Shown here piece after piece: positions 62,684-64,000 of a stretch of 64,000 nt of DNA. Under the pieces are notes generated by a model. That model did not search any database and was not told the DNA's origin. It saw only the letters and a program-made list of their open reading frames with translations. The stretch is taken from contig CAYTCJ010000001.1 of the NCBI GenBank assembly GCA_964436545.1, positions 142,392 through 206,391 of the forward strand. The letters are read 5' to 3'. The stretch comes from an uncultured Candidatus Saccharibacteria bacterium. GTDB lineage: Bacteria > Patescibacteriota > Doudnabacteria > UBA920. How positions within the stretch are numbered: position 1 is the stretch's first letter; every line of letters starts with the position of its first letter. Made by a program: the position numbers and the translations under genes.

Positions 62684-64000
62684 ATGAAAAAATCCGAATT
62701 AGTTTTTAATATTGTTTTAATCCCGATTGATTATATCATGCTCCTTATTGCCGGAGTGTTATCATTTTACATTAGGCAATACAGTCAACCCATTATCGGG
62801 CCGGTGATTTTTAAAATTACCGCTCAAGATTTATTAAAAGCGAGTTGGTATATAATTCCACCCTTAATTATTATTTTTGCTTTACTTGGGCTTTATAATT
62901 TAAAAGGTACCCGAAGTTTTTTATTTCAAGCCGGCAAAGTATTTATTGGGGTATCTTTGGGTTTATTATTGGTGATTTTGTTGTTCTTCTTTGATCAGAC
63001 AATTTTTCCTTCTCGGTTCATTATTTTAAGCACGTGGGTATTGGGAATAGTTTTCGTTTTGCTGGGGCGGATTAGTTTAAAATTGTTGCAAACCTATTTA
63101 TTCCAAAAAAATATCGGTCTGCATAAATTGGTATTAATTTGCAGTGATAGCCATCCGGCCATCAGTGAATATTTAAAAAATAAAGCAAATGGATATTTGG
63201 TCACTGCTGAGGAAAAATTTAATGCAGATATAATGGTTAAATTACAGACTCTGTATAAACAAGGGTTACTCGATGAAATTTTGCAGACCGATCAATCTTT
63301 AAGTTACGAAGCTAACTGGCAACTGGTGCAATTTGCCAGAAACCATGGAATTGCTTTTAGCTATTTGCCTAATTTATTTGAAGTACAAAATAATTCCTTG
63401 GAAACCTTAAATATCGATGGTTCCTTAATTATTTTTTTAAAAAATTCCCCTTTGGATGGGTGGGGGAAAGTGGTGAAGCGAATTTTAGATATTATTTTTT
63501 CCATAATTTGCTTAACACTTACCGCCCCGTTATTTTTAATCATTGCCTTAACGGTAAAATTTACCAGTCCGGGTAAAGTGTTTTATGTGGCTAAACGAGG
63601 TGGTAAGGGCAAAGACTTTGATTTTTATAAATTTCGAACCATGCACACACATTTGTCCGTAGGTAATAGTTATGGTGGTCAAGAAGCGGAAAAAGTCAGA
63701 CAAATGTTATGGGAAAAAAATGACCGTGGCGGAATTGCAAGCCCATTTTTAAAAATCAAACATGACCCCAGAGTAACTCGGGTAGGCAGATTTTTAAGAA
63801 AAACCAAACTGGATGAAATTCCTCAATTTTGGAATGTGCTTAAAGGTGATATGAGTTTGGTGGGCCCTAGGGCGCATGTGTTAGACGAAGTGGAAAAGTA
63901 TAGAAATAAATATAGACGCATGTTTAGTATAAAACCGGGGATATTCGGTTTGTCGCAAATTGCTCAAATGCACAGACCTGATTTGCCCTTTAACGATGAA
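62684..64000 (+). CDS. polyprenyl-phosphate sugar phosphotransferase (WbaP/bacterial sugar transferase family), 3'-truncated by the window end
   Basis: Hand translation in frame from the ATG at 62684: N-terminal TM helices, then SPGKVFYVAKRGGKGKDFDFYKFRTM...DEIPQFWNVLKGDMSLVGPR. Absent from the ORF track because no stop lies in the window. Confidence 0.88.
   Translation, partial: MKKSELVFNIVLIPIDYIMLLIAGVLSFYIRQYSQPIIGPVIFKITAQDLLKASWYIIPPLIIIFALLGLYNLKGTRSFLFQAGKVFIGVSLGLLLVILLFFFDQTIFPSRFIILSTWVLGIVFVLLGRISLKLLQTYLFQKNIGLHKLVLICSDSHPAISEYLKNKANGYLVTAEEKFNADIMVKLQTLYKQGLLDEILQTDQSLSYEANWQLVQFARNHGIAFSYLPNLFEVQNNSLETLNIDGSLIIFLKNSPLDGWGKVVKRILDIIFSIICLTLTAPLFLIIALTVKFTSPGKVFYVAKRGGKGKDFDFYKFRTMHTHLSVGNSYGGQEAEKVRQMLWEKNDRGGIASPFLKIKHDPRVTRVGRFLRKTKLDEIPQFWNVLKGDMSLVGPRAHVLDEVEKYRNKYRRMFSIKPGIFGLSQIAQMHRPDLPFNDE

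Noticed and set aside
63361-63543. Minus-strand 60-aa ORF near the right end of the window.
   Set aside because: It lies antisense within the well-supported sugar phosphotransferase reading frame.

Overview
This is a visibly AT-rich bacterial chromosomal segment. Gene content and style suggest a small-genome Patescibacteria/CPR-like organism, but that is a low-confidence inference. The standard genetic code applies, since TGA is used as a stop codon. Housekeeping content: rplJ-rplL at the left end; an alpha-operon block infA-rpmJ-rpsM-rpsK-rpsD-rpoA-rplQ-rplM-rpsI at 56.4-60.9 kb; dus, lexA, tRNA-Glu, scpB/scpA, aspS, lgt, a short alaS, pgi and rnpB. Accessory content: a sugar-use block (GH1, DMT transporter, GH, ROK kinase); rmlB/rmlA/galE; a roughly 14-kb envelope-glycan cluster (GT2, GT4, flippase, O-antigen-ligase-like protein, methyltransferase, S8 and S41 proteases); and a sortase next to a 1849-aa surface protein with an APKTG sorting signal. 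The window is riddled with small selfish or structured elements. (1) The RNase P RNA gene carries a complete GIY-YIG nuclease ORF in the loop of helix P3, plus a second expansion near the catalytic core. (2) A second GIY-YIG ORF sits in a long inverted-repeat element that has ORF-less relatives. (3) A roughly 165-bp MITE-like structured element has five copies, all within 0-5 nt of the stop codon of a plus-strand gene and all in the same orientation. (4) A GC-rich palindromic element (CCCTCCC...GGGAGGG) is inserted in frame in aspS, dus, a flippase and two glycosyltransferases. (5) Heptanucleotide arrays lie in the lexA 5' UTR and inside a Phd-like::GalE fusion ORF. (6) A roughly 0.7-kb GC-rich, hairpin-dense island holds an orphan ORF. 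No CRISPR array, rRNA gene or obvious prophage was seen.
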